64,000 nt of DNA from Lama glama (Eukaryota). The notes beneath the pieces were generated by a model. It did no database searches. It saw only the letters and a program-made list of their open reading frames with translations, and was not told where the DNA came from. The position numbers and the translations under genes were made by a program. Shown one piece after another: positions 35,643 to 46,833 of this stretch. The stretch is from NCBI GenBank assembly GCA_028534125.1, contig CM052832.1, forward strand, positions 33,914,001 to 33,978,000, written 5' to 3'. Positions within the stretch are counted from its first letter, which is position 1. Every line of letters starts with the position of its first letter.

Positions 35643-36199
35643 CACCTGGCGGGCCCCCTGGCATCAGCAGGGCCCCAGCCGGCAGCCCTGCTGTACGTGA
35701 AGCTCCTGTTCGTAGTGGTTTTTTCCTTCACTGTTTTTCTCCGGTTACTGCAGCACCTAATTTAAACTCTGATCACCAGCAGGAAGCGGCCCAACCCCAC
35801 CAGTCTCACCCTGCACACCCCCACTTTCCCAGCTGGTCCTACCCGACGGCTGGGCCATCCCGCCGCCCTTCACCCTGAGACAGGAGATGTGCTCCTGCTC
35901 CTGTAAATGTCCTGATTCTCCGCAAGATGAGCGTTTGCTCTGCTCTGGGGTTCTGTGTCCTCTCTCTCTGGAGATCCTGTTTACAGGGTCGCACACTTCC
36001 GGGGGGTCACGTTGGCATTTGCCTCCATGTGTCTGAATCATGCGCTTTTGTTGCTGGTCCTTGATGCCCTCCCTCCAGGCATCTGTTCGGGTACCCCTTC
36101 TTCAAAGCCAGAGCTCTGGCCCCGGTGCCCCTGGCCCCATGCTCTGTCCTCTTGTGGTTTGGGTCCCGGTGGGTCATGTTCGGTGTCACTCTGTCCTGA

Positions 36200-37640
36200 T
36201 TGACCAGTGATACCATTCCAGGAAACCGGTCCTTTTTTCTGTACAGTTGTCCCTTGCTTAAGGTAGACCTGATCATTGTCTTCCTCCATGAGCCTCACTT
36301 TCTGTGTGTTTATCACCCACTTTCCCTCAGTCACCCCAAAGGTGTTCAGGCCCCTGGGTCACCGTCAGGCATGTCTCCCAGAGCAGACCCTCTGGAACCT
36401 TCTGACCTGATCCCATCCGGACTGGTGGGCCATTGCTGTCCCCTGTTTTCCAGCGTCCTTTTAAAGACTCTGTGGTTTGGTGAAGCACAATCTTGATTAC
36501 TCTCCTGAGAATGCTGCAGGGAAGCAAACATTTTTTGCCCCAGCACATCTGAAAGTATCCCTGTTCCATCGTCAGAATCACTCAGGCAGCTGAGGTGCAT
36601 TTCTAGGTTGGAGGTACTTTTCCTTCAGAACTTTGCAGCTCTGCTCCCTTGCCTTTAATTTTCATGTTTCCGTGGGAACCTGGGCCACTCTTCCTCCTTG
36701 TCCCCACGACCCCTGCACAGGCATCTCGGTCCCCAAGCTCTGAGACCCTGTGGGACTGGCATGTAGTCCTGGCCGTAATCTGGGTGCTCTGCAGGGCCTT
36801 TCAGTCTGGAAACGCATATTCTGCTCTGATCAATTTTCTGATTTCATTTAAAATAACTTCTGTCCTTACTCTGCCTCTGGAAATCCTATTATACTGACCT
36901 CTTGAGGCCATCTTCCAATTTTTATCTTCCCTGTTCACAGCTACATCTTTTTGCTCTACTTTCTGGAAGGTTTCCTTAATTTGATCTTCAAAATCTCCTC
37001 TTGAATTCTTAATTTTCTGAATTTTTTTCAACTTATAAATCTTTTTTTTCCAAATTGTCCTTCTTCATGTTGGCTTTGGTTTCTCTGATGTCTTCCCTTA
37101 TTTCTCTGAAGACATTAGCAATGGTGTGTGTGAAGTTTTTGTTCCGTCCTGTTTTTTAATTACCTTCTCTGTTCTGTTTCCTCCAAGCTGCTGTTTTCCA
37201 TTTGCCTGTTGTTGCCTGATTGGTGTCTTCCGTAAGTGTGGTTTTCCTCACATGCCTGTCTCCTAATCCTTGGCTTTCTGCTCATGTTTAGAAGTGGGGG
37301 ACTAAAGAGCCGGGCGGGGGTGCTGAGGACGTGGTTAGAGCGTGGTGGCTTTTGGTCATTCTAGTGCTCAGAGGGCCATTCAGATGGAGACTGAGCCCAG
37401 AGTAGAGTCCCCAGCCTCCCCGAGAAGGGGACCAGCCTGACCCCAGCCTCCCCCCAGAAGGGGACCAGCCTGACCCTAGCCTCCCCCCAGAAGGGGACCA
37501 GCCTGACCCCAGCCTCCCCCTGGAAGGGGACCAGCCTGACCCCAATACCCGGCTTGGGGACAAGGAGTCTCAGGGTTCAGAGTACAACCCACTTACCTTT
37601 CCTGTTCGCCACGTGGTGGCCCCAGCCTTGCGGGTCCCAG
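36200..37640 (-). mobile_element. HAL1-like (ORF1-only L1 derivative) relic, antisense
   Basis: ttctaggttggaggtacttttccttcagaacttt and ccttctgacctgatcccatccggactggt match remembered HAL1 segments. The minus-strand ORF 36801-37031 (FEDQIKETFQKVEQKD) is ORF1p coiled-coil-like. Confidence 0.65.
37409..37543. repeat. 33-bp minisatellite, 4 copies (CCCCAGCCTCCCCCCAGAAGGGGACCAGCCTGA)
   Basis: Units start at 37409, 37441, 37474 and 37507, near-identical. Confidence 0.97.
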
Positions 37641-38848
37641 TGGCCTTCTCCAACGATGAAATACTATCCCAGTGCTGTCAAAAAAGTGAATCGAAGCTAG
37701 AACATTCCAATGATGGACCAGAAATAAAGCTTGTGAGGCCAGTTTATGTCTCTGATACCAAACTTATGCCCACAGTCCAGCCATGATCAACTTTGAATAT
37801 CTATCCTCAGTGACACCGTAATCCACATGGCCAAGTAACTAATGCTCTATTCTGGCCTTTGATCCCCACGCAACCTGATCCAGATTTGATCACAGACTGT
37901 CCTGTTGTCACAGGTTTCATCTCCAGCTGATGAGACAAACCAGTTCTGACTGAAGATAAGCATGAAAGTCAAACATTGCTTTGTAACTTTTCTTTCTTTG
38001 CTCAAAGGTTCCATTTGTAAAAATATTCAAGTTATATAGTGTTTTTTTTTAGTTTGGATGTTAGTTTGTAGAAATCCAAAGGTCAGCTTTAGGCCAGTGG
38101 CTTCATTTCTTTAAAAATGAGGATGGAAAACTCCAGCAAGAAGCTGGTTTTGAAACCGGTGAACATACGCCCTCAATTTATGACAAGGGAGGGGGGCAGG
38201 CGGCTGACCCTTAACTGTCATCAACTGTGGACGTTTAAGGAAAAACCCTTGAGTTCAGACACCGTAGTAGCTGAATTGGGGAGGACGAGATGCTGATACA
38301 CCTCTCTTGGTGGGAAGTGAGCCAATTCGTTATGTGGTTTCTGGAGGTTTCATCATCTGAGATGTATTGTGGGGCCACCCTGACTGGCAGAGTGAGAGGA
38401 CTTGTGTGCAGGAAAGGGATGCAATGAATGGTTAAGTAGTGTCTGAAACTTACTCTGAAATGGAATGCACAGGATTTACAGTGAATATCCCTAACACTAC
38501 AAAAATGGAAAGTAGAAGACATGAATTAATTCACAGTAATTGATTTTATCAGGGATAGTCTAAAGAACAAAATCTTTGAAGTCCCTGAAAGTTGCCCAGT
38601 TCCTTATTCTGGCTGATCTGTTCATTTCTAAAGTCTTAACTTCTGAACCCATCATGATTTTTTTTTAAAGAGGGGAGAAACCCTACCTTTTTTGAAATAG
38701 ATCTGGAAAGGCTTTGGTTCACTGTTGCCCTAGAAGTCGGTGAAGCATCAACTCCCGAGTTCCCACGCTCCCGCAGGGGGAGGGGCTGCGGCCCCGCCAG
38801 GTGCTCCCGAGCGGTTAGGGGCTGACCGAGTCTCTGTCTCCTTTACAG

Positions 38849-38945
38849 GTGGGAAGGAAAGGATGAAAATGAGGTGGGCAGATGCAAGGAGACCGGTAAA
38901 GTGCACGTGACCGTGGATCTCAAGTACTACCGGCCCACTGAAGTG
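38849..38945 (+). CDS. GMDS: GMDS internal coding exon (equivalent to human exon 9), 97 nt, phase 2 in / phase 0 out
   Basis: G+TGG GAA GGA AAG... gives (V)[32 protein letters not shown], directly continuing the previous exon. Branch point CTGAC at 38822-38826, tract tctctgtctcctttacag, donor GTGAGG at 38946. Not present in the ORF track because this frame has no upstream start. Confidence 0.98.
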
Positions 38946-38954
38946 GTGAGGACG

Positions 38955-39021
38955 CGGGGCCGGGCGGGTGGGCCACGTGGGCGGGGTGGGGCGGGGCCAC
39001 ACGGGCGGGGCGGGGCCACGC
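38955..39021 (+). repeat. Short G-rich tandem repeat (GGGCGGGG[T/C]GGG..CCAC x3) just after the exon 9 donor
   Basis: Direct reading. Confidence 0.8.
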
Positions 39022-39559
39022 TGCGGCCTGCGGTGGGTCGGGGGAGGCTCTGACAATCCTACACGCGCGGCCACGCCCCACGGCTCGGGGCTCTGTCACC
39101 TCCGGTGCGCACTTCGCAGACCAGAGTCCAGGTGGCTGGATCTGAGATGTTCTTGTCGCCATGAAATCCACTGCTGAGTAAAGGAAAACCAGGGTCCAAC
39201 ACACCCAGGGAAACGGTTGCTTTCAGAAATGGAGGTTCATGTCAAAGGCAGAGCTCATCAGTTGAGTCACCGGGCTGATGGCCGAGCCCGGGTCCCTGCA
39301 GGACGTCTGCCTCCCCAGGCCCCGCGACCTGCAGGGCTGGAGATCAGGAGGGCCGCTGCTGCCGGGGCCGGCGCTCACTCGCACACTCACGTGCACACTC
39401 ACGCGTGCTCACACTCTCCTGCACCCCCGCGTGCATTCACAGCCCGAGCCCGGGAGCCCTGCACACTTGTTAGGCCTCAGCTCCAGTGTCGTCCTGCTCA
39501 TGAACCCTTTTCGGGCCACATCTTTCCACCGCCGGAATTTCTGCCCTCCCCTGCCCGTG

Positions 39560-39742
39560 TGATGCGCCGCACGCAGCTATATCGCAACAGCTATTGTAAT
39601 TCATTGTGCTCACCTGTTTTCATGTTTTTCTCCAAAGAGTTTCTCCAAACTGTGAGCTCTTTGAGGATAAGGACGTTTCAGTATCTTAGACGATAACAAA
39701 CGCAGAGCTTGACACACGCTGATGGACAGGCGGGTGGTGGGT
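39560..39742 (+). mobile_element. L2 3' end relic
   Basis: aaactgtgagctctttgaggataaggac...gcagagcttgacacac. Confidence 0.6.
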
Positions 39743-41894
39743 AAAGGCCTGCGTCTCTAAATACAGGACTTCCCACAGTGAGAGATGACGCAGAGGTTGT
39801 TAGAAGGTAACCTCCTGCTTTCCCCAATTATGAAAACTTCCCGCTTGGTGTTGTCATGTTACTGTATTCCCCCTCACTCTGGTGGCTACACTCTGTGCAA
39901 AATGCCCCTAATGGTGACAGAAAGCAGTGTCTTCAGAGGGAAGTGCTCAAGCCCGGTGATTGCCTCACGTCTGTTAACTGCGAAGGGAGACTCATTTGGA
40001 CTGTTCTACCTGCGTTTTGAACCACATTGCCGTCTGGCGCACAACCTCTGCGGGACTGGGCAGCCCGGGGAGGGAAGGCTGAAAGTCAGCGCGTCGGCAC
40101 TGAGCACCCCTCGAAAGGTCTCGTTTCAGACAAAAGAAGGAGCTTCGTTCCACGCGCTCGTCCGCACGGGGGTGAAGGAGGGCAAGCGGCCGCGAGGGGA
40201 GCGGGCTCGGGCTGGGCACCATCCTGCCAGGCCGGGCCAGGCGGGGCTCCCCGGCCAACAGTGGTGTCCTGAGCTGCTGGGGTGGGTGCACCCGGGAGAG
40301 GATGTGCTGAGGGCGGGGGACACACCCGCCGACACAGCAGGGCCTGTCTGGAGCCCCCTCTTCGAGAGGGGTGCCCCAGCCGCCCCTTCCCTGAGCTCTG
40401 AGATGCCCTGAACCGGCTCATCCCACGGGGGGAGTTCCTGAACCAGCAGCAACCTCGACCCTCTCAACAGCTGAAATGCGGCCCCCTCTCTCTCCTTTCT
40501 CAAAATAGTTTCAAAAGCTAGGAAGTCGTAAGAGTGGCCTGGCAGTCTTCTTCCTTGGGCAAGGCGTGGGGCTGAGGACAGGACGAGAGGGCTCGCCCAA
40601 CAGGAAAAGGGCCCTTGGGCTAATGAGACGGTCCTCCGAGTCCGGCCGACCCTGCTTCCTGCCGAGACTCTCCCCACGTTTCTTTGGTTCGTGGAAACGT
40701 CACCACCACACCCGTCGTGCAGGTCCGTCTGCCAGGGGGTCATCTGCGCGTCAGAGCCGCGTCCTGTTTCTCAGGCTTGCTTTTTCTTCGGCTCTCGCTC
40801 TCCTCCGATTCCCTACACTGCTGGATTGTGGACTTCCTGCTGCGCTTCATCTTTCTCAGCCTGCAGGCTACACTTGTCCTGTCCCCGCCTCTCGGCCTCG
40901 GTCTGCGGGGTGGGCTCCTCGCCGACAAGCAGACCTCACTTTTAAACTCGTTTCTCAGAGCGGTGGTTTTCCCAGAACTTGGATTGACTTAGCCTTCCGC
41001 TGAGCCACCCCGGAGGAGGGTGACCGGGACGGCAGGCTGCCCCGGGAGGGAGCTCACGCACAGGTTCGGGGCCGACAGCTCCAGGGAGTCGTGGGCATGA
41101 ATCCTGCAAACCCCTGGACATGGGGTGGCCCAGCCGTTCTCCCGCATCTGAGTCGTGATCCCCCTTCTCTGGGTCAAGTCCATCCCACCGGTGCTTCTGG
41201 CAACTTCTCATTCTTCCTTGAGTTCTAGAGAAGTGTGTTCTCCTGACTGGCCTGTCTCGCATCCTCAGCACGTGGGCCACTCCGAAGCCAAAGGCATAAG
41301 CTAGATCTTAAAGTCAGGTGGCTCCAAGGATGACCGAAAGAAAAAATAACCGTGAAGAAAACGGAGGAGCTGTGGGGAGCAGTAAGGACGTCTCAGGCCT
41401 CGGAACACCAGCATCCTCAAGCCAGACCCAGGGAGGTAAAGCTCTGGGTTGTTGTTTGAATGAGAGTCAGACCAAGGCTGATGTTTACCTGTGGCGGGCC
41501 AGCGCGACCACCAGGGAGCCGACCTCGGGGCCGATCACGCTTTCCTTGTGGGCTTTGCCACCACAGAACCTTCAGGCCTGCTCCTGCGCCAACAAGGGGA
41601 CCTGAAAGTTTTTGTCCTGCACAGAGGACCCTGGCATTCAGTTAGAACCGATTTGTGTTCCCTCCCTATAAAGCTCTGGGCTTCCCTTGAACGTCTCGGA
41701 GTTCTGCTGCCATGGAGAGCTTGACCCTGGATGATAGACCTTCAGGTTCCCATTGCCCCTGCATCCCAGCATTTGGTGATGGCAATGTCAGTACTGGAGC
41801 TCTGTGCCTCTCCAGCCTCCTGGCCCGTCCCCAGTGTTCTCTGCATGTGTCCATGTGCACAGAGCCCTCGCCACCTGCGTCCACACCTGGACAA

Positions 41895-42236
41895 GCAGTG
41901 GCGCTGACCGCTGAGTTCAAAGCTGTCCCTCACCAGGTGGTGACCCGAGGCGGGTGCCTCCACAGTGCCTCTGTTCGCCTGTCTTTAAAAATGGGATTAA
42001 GAGTAGAACCTCTTTGAGGGGAGGGCATAGCTCAGCGGAAGTGCGCGTGCTTAGCGTGCACGAGGTCCTGGGTTCAATCCACAGTGCCTCCATTTAATTA
42101 GTTAATTAACTAATTTAAAAAATTAATAGAATCTCTTCCAAAGAGTTGCTGGAGAATTGATGGGGTCGGTGATACAAAATGCTCCTCAGAACAGTGCCTG
42201 GCTCACAGTAAAATACCCAATATTGATGTTGTTATT
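41895..42236 (+). mobile_element. MIR, split by a younger SINE insertion
   Basis: 5' part ...gtgacccgaggc...tgcctctgttcgcctgtctttaaaaatgggattaagagtag, resuming after the SINE as gagttgctggagaatt...agaacagtgcctggctcacagtaa...caata. Confidence 0.8.
42016..42126 (+). mobile_element. tRNA-Ala(AGC)-derived SINE of the camelid vic-1 type with target-site duplication
   Basis: GGGGAGGGCATAGCTCAGCGG...GCTTAGCGTGCACGAGGTCCTGGGTTCAATCC...CCTCCA plus AT-rich tail. A box at 42028-42038, B box at 42071-42080. TSD tagaacctctt (42004-42014) / tagaatctctt (42127-42137). Confidence 0.9.
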
Positions 42237-42335
42237 TATTTATTCATTCAGCAAATATTTACCACCCCGTGATAGACCCTAAGAATTCAGCAAAGACGAG
42301 GCGCAGCCCTCCCGCCCCCTGGAGATGTAGGTGGA
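42237..42335 (-). mobile_element. L2 3' end relic, antisense
   Basis: ttattcattcagcaaatattta...aagacgaggcgcagccct...cctggag. Confidence 0.6.
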
Positions 42336-44455
42336 GGGTGCGGCTCGGTTACCACACCCGGTCCGTGTCCCAAGCAGAATGGCATCGTTGGTGAATTGCG
42401 CGCATTTACCACTAAAAAGCGAATAGAGAGCATGGTAGGATCAGAGCTTGCAGCAGACAGTAACGTGCACGCACACGCTTTGGCTTTTTTGTTCTTGCTT
42501 CATCTTGGTTTTTGTCTTTTCCGATCCTCTGAAGATTCAGCAGCTGTGCAGTGGAATTGTGTAACTGTGGGAAGTCAGTCCTGACCTATTGACTCAAAAC
42601 AGCCACAAAGATGCTTTCTTTCTGTTTGAGATTTTTTAACTTGGAAACCTCACAGAGGTCGGACTGAGGAGCGTGCTTCCTAACGTGCCAAATCTCTGAC
42701 CACACCCAGCGGTCAATCCACGTAAAGAAGAGAAAACCAAGTTTTTTCTGCTTTTCAGTGGAACTTTTTTCTGCAGAGCGCTTTAGGAAGGGGCACGGGA
42801 AACACATCCACAGGTCAGCATCAAGGGCACCTGTTGTTCCGGAACGCCGGAATTTAAGCTCTGCCGGCGGCGGAACTGAGTTCCTCCTCGTGGAGTCCTT
42901 TCCTCTGCCGTGCACGTCTCGTGCTGCGGTACTTCTGATGTGCTCAGCTGTGCCTGGCGTTTGTTGTGTTTACTTAGCCACGTAACGTTTAGTCCCATTC
43001 TTTACAGACAGTAGAAGGAATTCTGATTAAATTCTAGAGCTGGGAGAGCAGCGACTTCAAAACCCAGCAAGCTGCTCAAAACGACACCTTCCTCCAGTAA
43101 AAACACGCGGCCTGTTTCTAATCGGATTACCGTGTGCTTGTCGAGTTGTCCTCTCAGCAAACTTTTCCTAGTATTTTCCTGTAAATGCTGTTGAGTTAAA
43201 CGGCCCATAATTGCTTGGCTATCTCCTGGCCCTGTTTGGAATACAGCTGCGTAACACTTTCCAGACCCCAGGCACCTGGTCTGTGGGCAGGAGGCTCGTA
43301 CACACACCAGTCAGCGCCGCCTCGCCACCTCCACGCACGGGTCGGAGACTCTCCTCTCCTCCCTCCCGCCTCCTCATGCCTCCCACCCGCCAAGCAGGAA
43401 CTTGGACCCTCCCTTCCTGCCGCCCCCCGCCCCGCCTCCTGACCCCTCTGCTCTCACCACCCCCCTCTCCGCTTTGCTCCCTCCAGGTTCCCACGGGTGG
43501 GAGCCAGTGCAGGGCGAGTCCCTCCCTTTCTGGTCCCTGGGCCGGTCCGGGGGGAGGCTGGGCGGCTGGCTCCATGGGCTTGAACTGGCACATCCCCGCA
43601 CCCTCTGCCTGCAGGGCCGCCAGACCGCGGGGGTGTGGAGTCCTGCCGCCGGTGCCGCCCCCCGTGCTTCCTCTGCTCTAGTTCTTCTCTGAACTTCTCA
43701 CTGCTTGTGCTTTACAGATAGTCTGTGTCTCTAAGTCGCTGTTCATGTATTCTCGGCCTCTCTCCTGGCTCCTCGCAGTGATCTTTCTATCCTCCCTCAA
43801 TCGCGCTGGCCTCGCCTGCCCTTTCCCTTCCTTGGACTTAACCAGCAGAGCTTGAAGTTCCAGTCTCTTCAGCGGATCCTCAGCTATTCCAGGGGGCGGA
43901 CCCCATACTTCGCAGGACCCCTGCGAAGCCCCCAGGGCGATAACATTCCTCCCAAAGCCTGTGTCCTTCCCTCAAGAATGTCTTGTCCCTGATGAGATAA
44001 TAATTGTGTCCCCACTGGAGTGCCCCCAAGTTCCTCCTGGTGTTCCTTGAAGCTGTTACGATTAGATCCAGATTAGGATGATCTCATTACAGGTTCGAAG
44101 GTCTCTGTCATTGTGCATAGCTATGTGCCTTCCCTTATTTGAAATGTTTTTTTGCACATCCTGGAAACTCTCTAGCATCCTTACTGCAGACGCTTGCATT
44201 CCTGGCACCAGTAGGGAGTTCCTGTAAAATCTGTGCCTTTCTTCCCAGAAAGCCGTCCAGGTCCTGACTGCCCTTGTGTGTAATCATAGCGGTGACCTCT
44301 TGGCATCTGGGAAATAAGCTCCAGAATCTTGGAAGTCCCTCTGGGCCGCTGCAGCCACTTCCCTGGGGAAGAGCTGGGGTCCACCTGCCAGGCGGGGCCC
44401 AGGTGCCTCGCAGACCGAGCCCTGCGGGAGGCGGGGCTCCCCGCTTCAGCCTCAT

Positions 44456-44480
44456 CCCCGGCCCGGCCCGGCCCGGCCCG
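44456..44480. repeat. (CCCGG)4-5 microsatellite
   Basis: Direct reading. Confidence 0.85.
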
Positions 44481-45329
44481 TGAGCTCTCCATCCCAGAAT
44501 CTGAGAAGCCCCGATTGGCTGCTCTTTGCCTGCTTTTCACGCAGCTCTGCAGTGGTCTCCCTGCTCGAACAGCCGTATCTAACTTCTGAAGTAACTGTAG
44601 TTCAGGACTCTTTGTTCCCGGAGCTTTCACAGGTAACACTGTCCCTCTTTCTGTTTCCTGCTCTGCTCTGCTTTACGCTCCCAGCAAGGCCAGCCCTTCC
44701 ACAGCAAGTCTGATTTCTCTCCCGGCGCACAGCTCGCCTGCGAGAGCCGCCTCGCCGCGTCTTCTGACGTTGCGCCTGGTGTCTGCCCGGGGCTCCTGCC
44801 GGCCTGAGCCTCGCCCTCGAGCCACCCCGGCCTCGCACCCACACCCCGGACTCCCGCAGCCCGGTTTCCTCGCTCACTGTCGCACCTGCCAGCACAGCTG
44901 CCGCGTGCTTGGCGGCCGTTGTCAGAAACCTCCGAGGTAGTGTCTGCAGCTGATGGCCTTGCTGACTCCGAGCTCGGCTCTGTCCTACGCGGTTACACCT
45001 CGTGTGCTGGGCCTGGCGGTAAATCCCTGGTTCCATTCACCGCCGTTTAGAACAGACTGTACTTAAGAGCAGACTCCAGCCTTGCCTTTTGTGACGCTGC
45101 AGAAGGCGTCCCTGGTGGGGGAGGCACGCGCGGCTTCGTGACACCTGTTGTGAGAATACCGCAGGTCCTGAAGGTTTCTCCAGTTTTTGGCATTCATTAC
45201 AGCAGTCCTTTAAGTAGGCATTCATCGTGAGCATATAAAATACAATTCTCATTTCCCTTCAGCTTCTCAGAAGATGTCAGTGTTTATAAAACAGAGTATC
45301 CTCATGTGATTGTGGTCTTAGAGATTTAC

Positions 45330-45800
45330 TGCAAAAGGAGTGTCTGTTGAGTCCCTGCTGTGGACGTGAGCCCTCGTAGCACCGTGGGATGGACGCGGGC
45401 GGGCGAGGGGAGGCCCCTGTCCGACAGTGACTGTCCCCAGGTGAGGGGGCAGCGCGGAGCTGTGGGCCAGTCCAGGGCGGGACCAGGGGAGCTCACTGAA
45501 CCGGGGCAGTGGAGGCGAGAAACACACAGAGAGATGCCAGGACGTTGCAGGGAGGGGGACCAGGGGTTGGGGACCAGGTCGGATGGTGCCGTGGTGGACG
45601 GGCAGGATGTGAGGGTTAGCAGTGAAGGGTGGTGGCGGCCTAGATGCCGAAGCCCCCCCAGAGGCCCGGGAAGAGGACTCACTTGCAGCGGGGGCATCGA
45701 GCTGGCGCTGGGAGGTGGTGGAGGGAGGTGAGGTTTAGGGCCAGACATGCAGGAGGAGAAGTGAGGCCCTGGGAGGAGCACTGGGGGAGGCGGGTGTGGG
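45330..45800 (-). mobile_element. L2 relic, antisense, GC-shifted
   Basis: gtctgttgagtccctgctgtg...ggcccctgtcc and gggaggtgaggtttagggccagacatgcaggaggagaag resemble reverse-strand L2. Confidence 0.5.
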
Positions 45801-46667
45801 AGGCAGGAGCTGGGTGGATGCAGGAGTTAAGTCTCAGGAACAGGTTGTGAAGAAGTTGGTTACGAATTCGCACACTAAGCATTTGTATCCACAAGCCATA
45901 GAGCTGACTAAAGTGCCTTCGCCCTCGGTAATTATCCCCTGCCTTCAGGGCTCCTCGAGGCTTAAAGGACTGACACGAAAGAGCTGCCATTAGCTGGTAG
46001 TGATTGCCATCTCAGTCCAGGCAAAACTGAATTTCAGATGTAAGCAGAGACCTCATTTCAAATTGATGTGTCCTGGAAGGCCGGATGCGACGCGCTGGAC
46101 AATCCTCCAAGATGAAAGGGCTCCCGTAAGTACAGGCGCCTGGCGCTGCGTGTTGCCGCCTTTGTTACTGTCATCATCCTAATTATCGTCATCATCACCG
46201 TCAGGTTCTCCTGTGGCATCGCTGGTATCAGAAGACATCTGAGCGGACTCCCTGAGCCCTTCGCTCCTGAGGTTTTCTTTTATTTAAATGTTCGCTTCTG
46301 TACCTGGGCAGCTTCCTGCAGAAAGGATGCTGGCTCTCAGCACCGCCAGCCTTGATCTCCTGCCCCAGGGGTGGACGCGGTGAGGGTGGTGAGAGAGGGG
46401 GCGTGGAGTGGGCAGCCTTCTCTGACTCTGCCTGCACTCCACACCCCGGAGGCTCTCCAGGCCTGAGAGCCAGCAAGTTCCATGGCTGCTCCCAGAATTT
46501 AGGTATCGCTCACAGGCCAGAGATCAACCGCCAAAGAGAAGACCCCGGACCGCCTCCCTCCCTTATCTGCCGACCCCACCCCTTCCTCCCCGGAAATCCT
46601 CCTGCGAAAACCTCTCTCTGCACTTGCTCTGAGAGCTGGCCGGATGTCACCTTTACAGCCTCAAATC

Positions 46668-46833
46668 TGTCTTGCTTCCCTGCTGCTGTTACAACAAATC
46701 ATCACAAACTTAGCAGCTTAAAACTGCACAGATTCATTATCTCGGGGATCTAGAGGTCGGAGGTCTGCGTTGCATTTCACTGGACTAAAATCAAGGCGTT
46801 GACGAAGCTGTGTACCGTCTAGAGGCTCGAGGG
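46668..46833 (-). mobile_element. MLT1 (ERVL-MaLR) LTR fragment
   Basis: tgctgctgttacaacaaatcatcacaaacttagcagcttaaaa...ttatctc...tttcactggactaaaatcaaggcgtt...tagaggctc. Confidence 0.85.

Larger units (their letters stand above)
22041..38848 (+). other. GMDS: GMDS intron between exons 8 and 9 (16,808 nt as assembled; 16,109 nt if the gap and duplicate are collapsed)
   Basis: GT..AG boundaries and matching phase 2 on both sides. Confidence 0.95.

Noticed and set aside
37409-37543. CRISPR-like array (33-bp repeats)
   Set aside because: The units are head-to-tail with no spacers, the context is eukaryotic intron, and there are no cas genes.
42021-42092. Functional tRNA-Ala(AGC) gene
   Set aside because: It has mismatches in the acceptor, D and T stems, an extra 5' GGG, an AT-rich tail and a TSD, and it is inserted in a MIR. 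This is a SINE copy.
43908-43928. Isolated small hairpins and palindromes (CTTCGCAGG-acc-CCTGCGAAG; also 10796-10812 and 5284-5295)
   Set aside because: Too short for a miRNA or snoRNA precursor and individually compatible with chance.
44380-44930. CpG-island promoter (also 12090-12320 and 51340-51600)
   Set aside because: CpG is elevated throughout the window, so these patches cannot be distinguished from background by eye. There is no TSS evidence.
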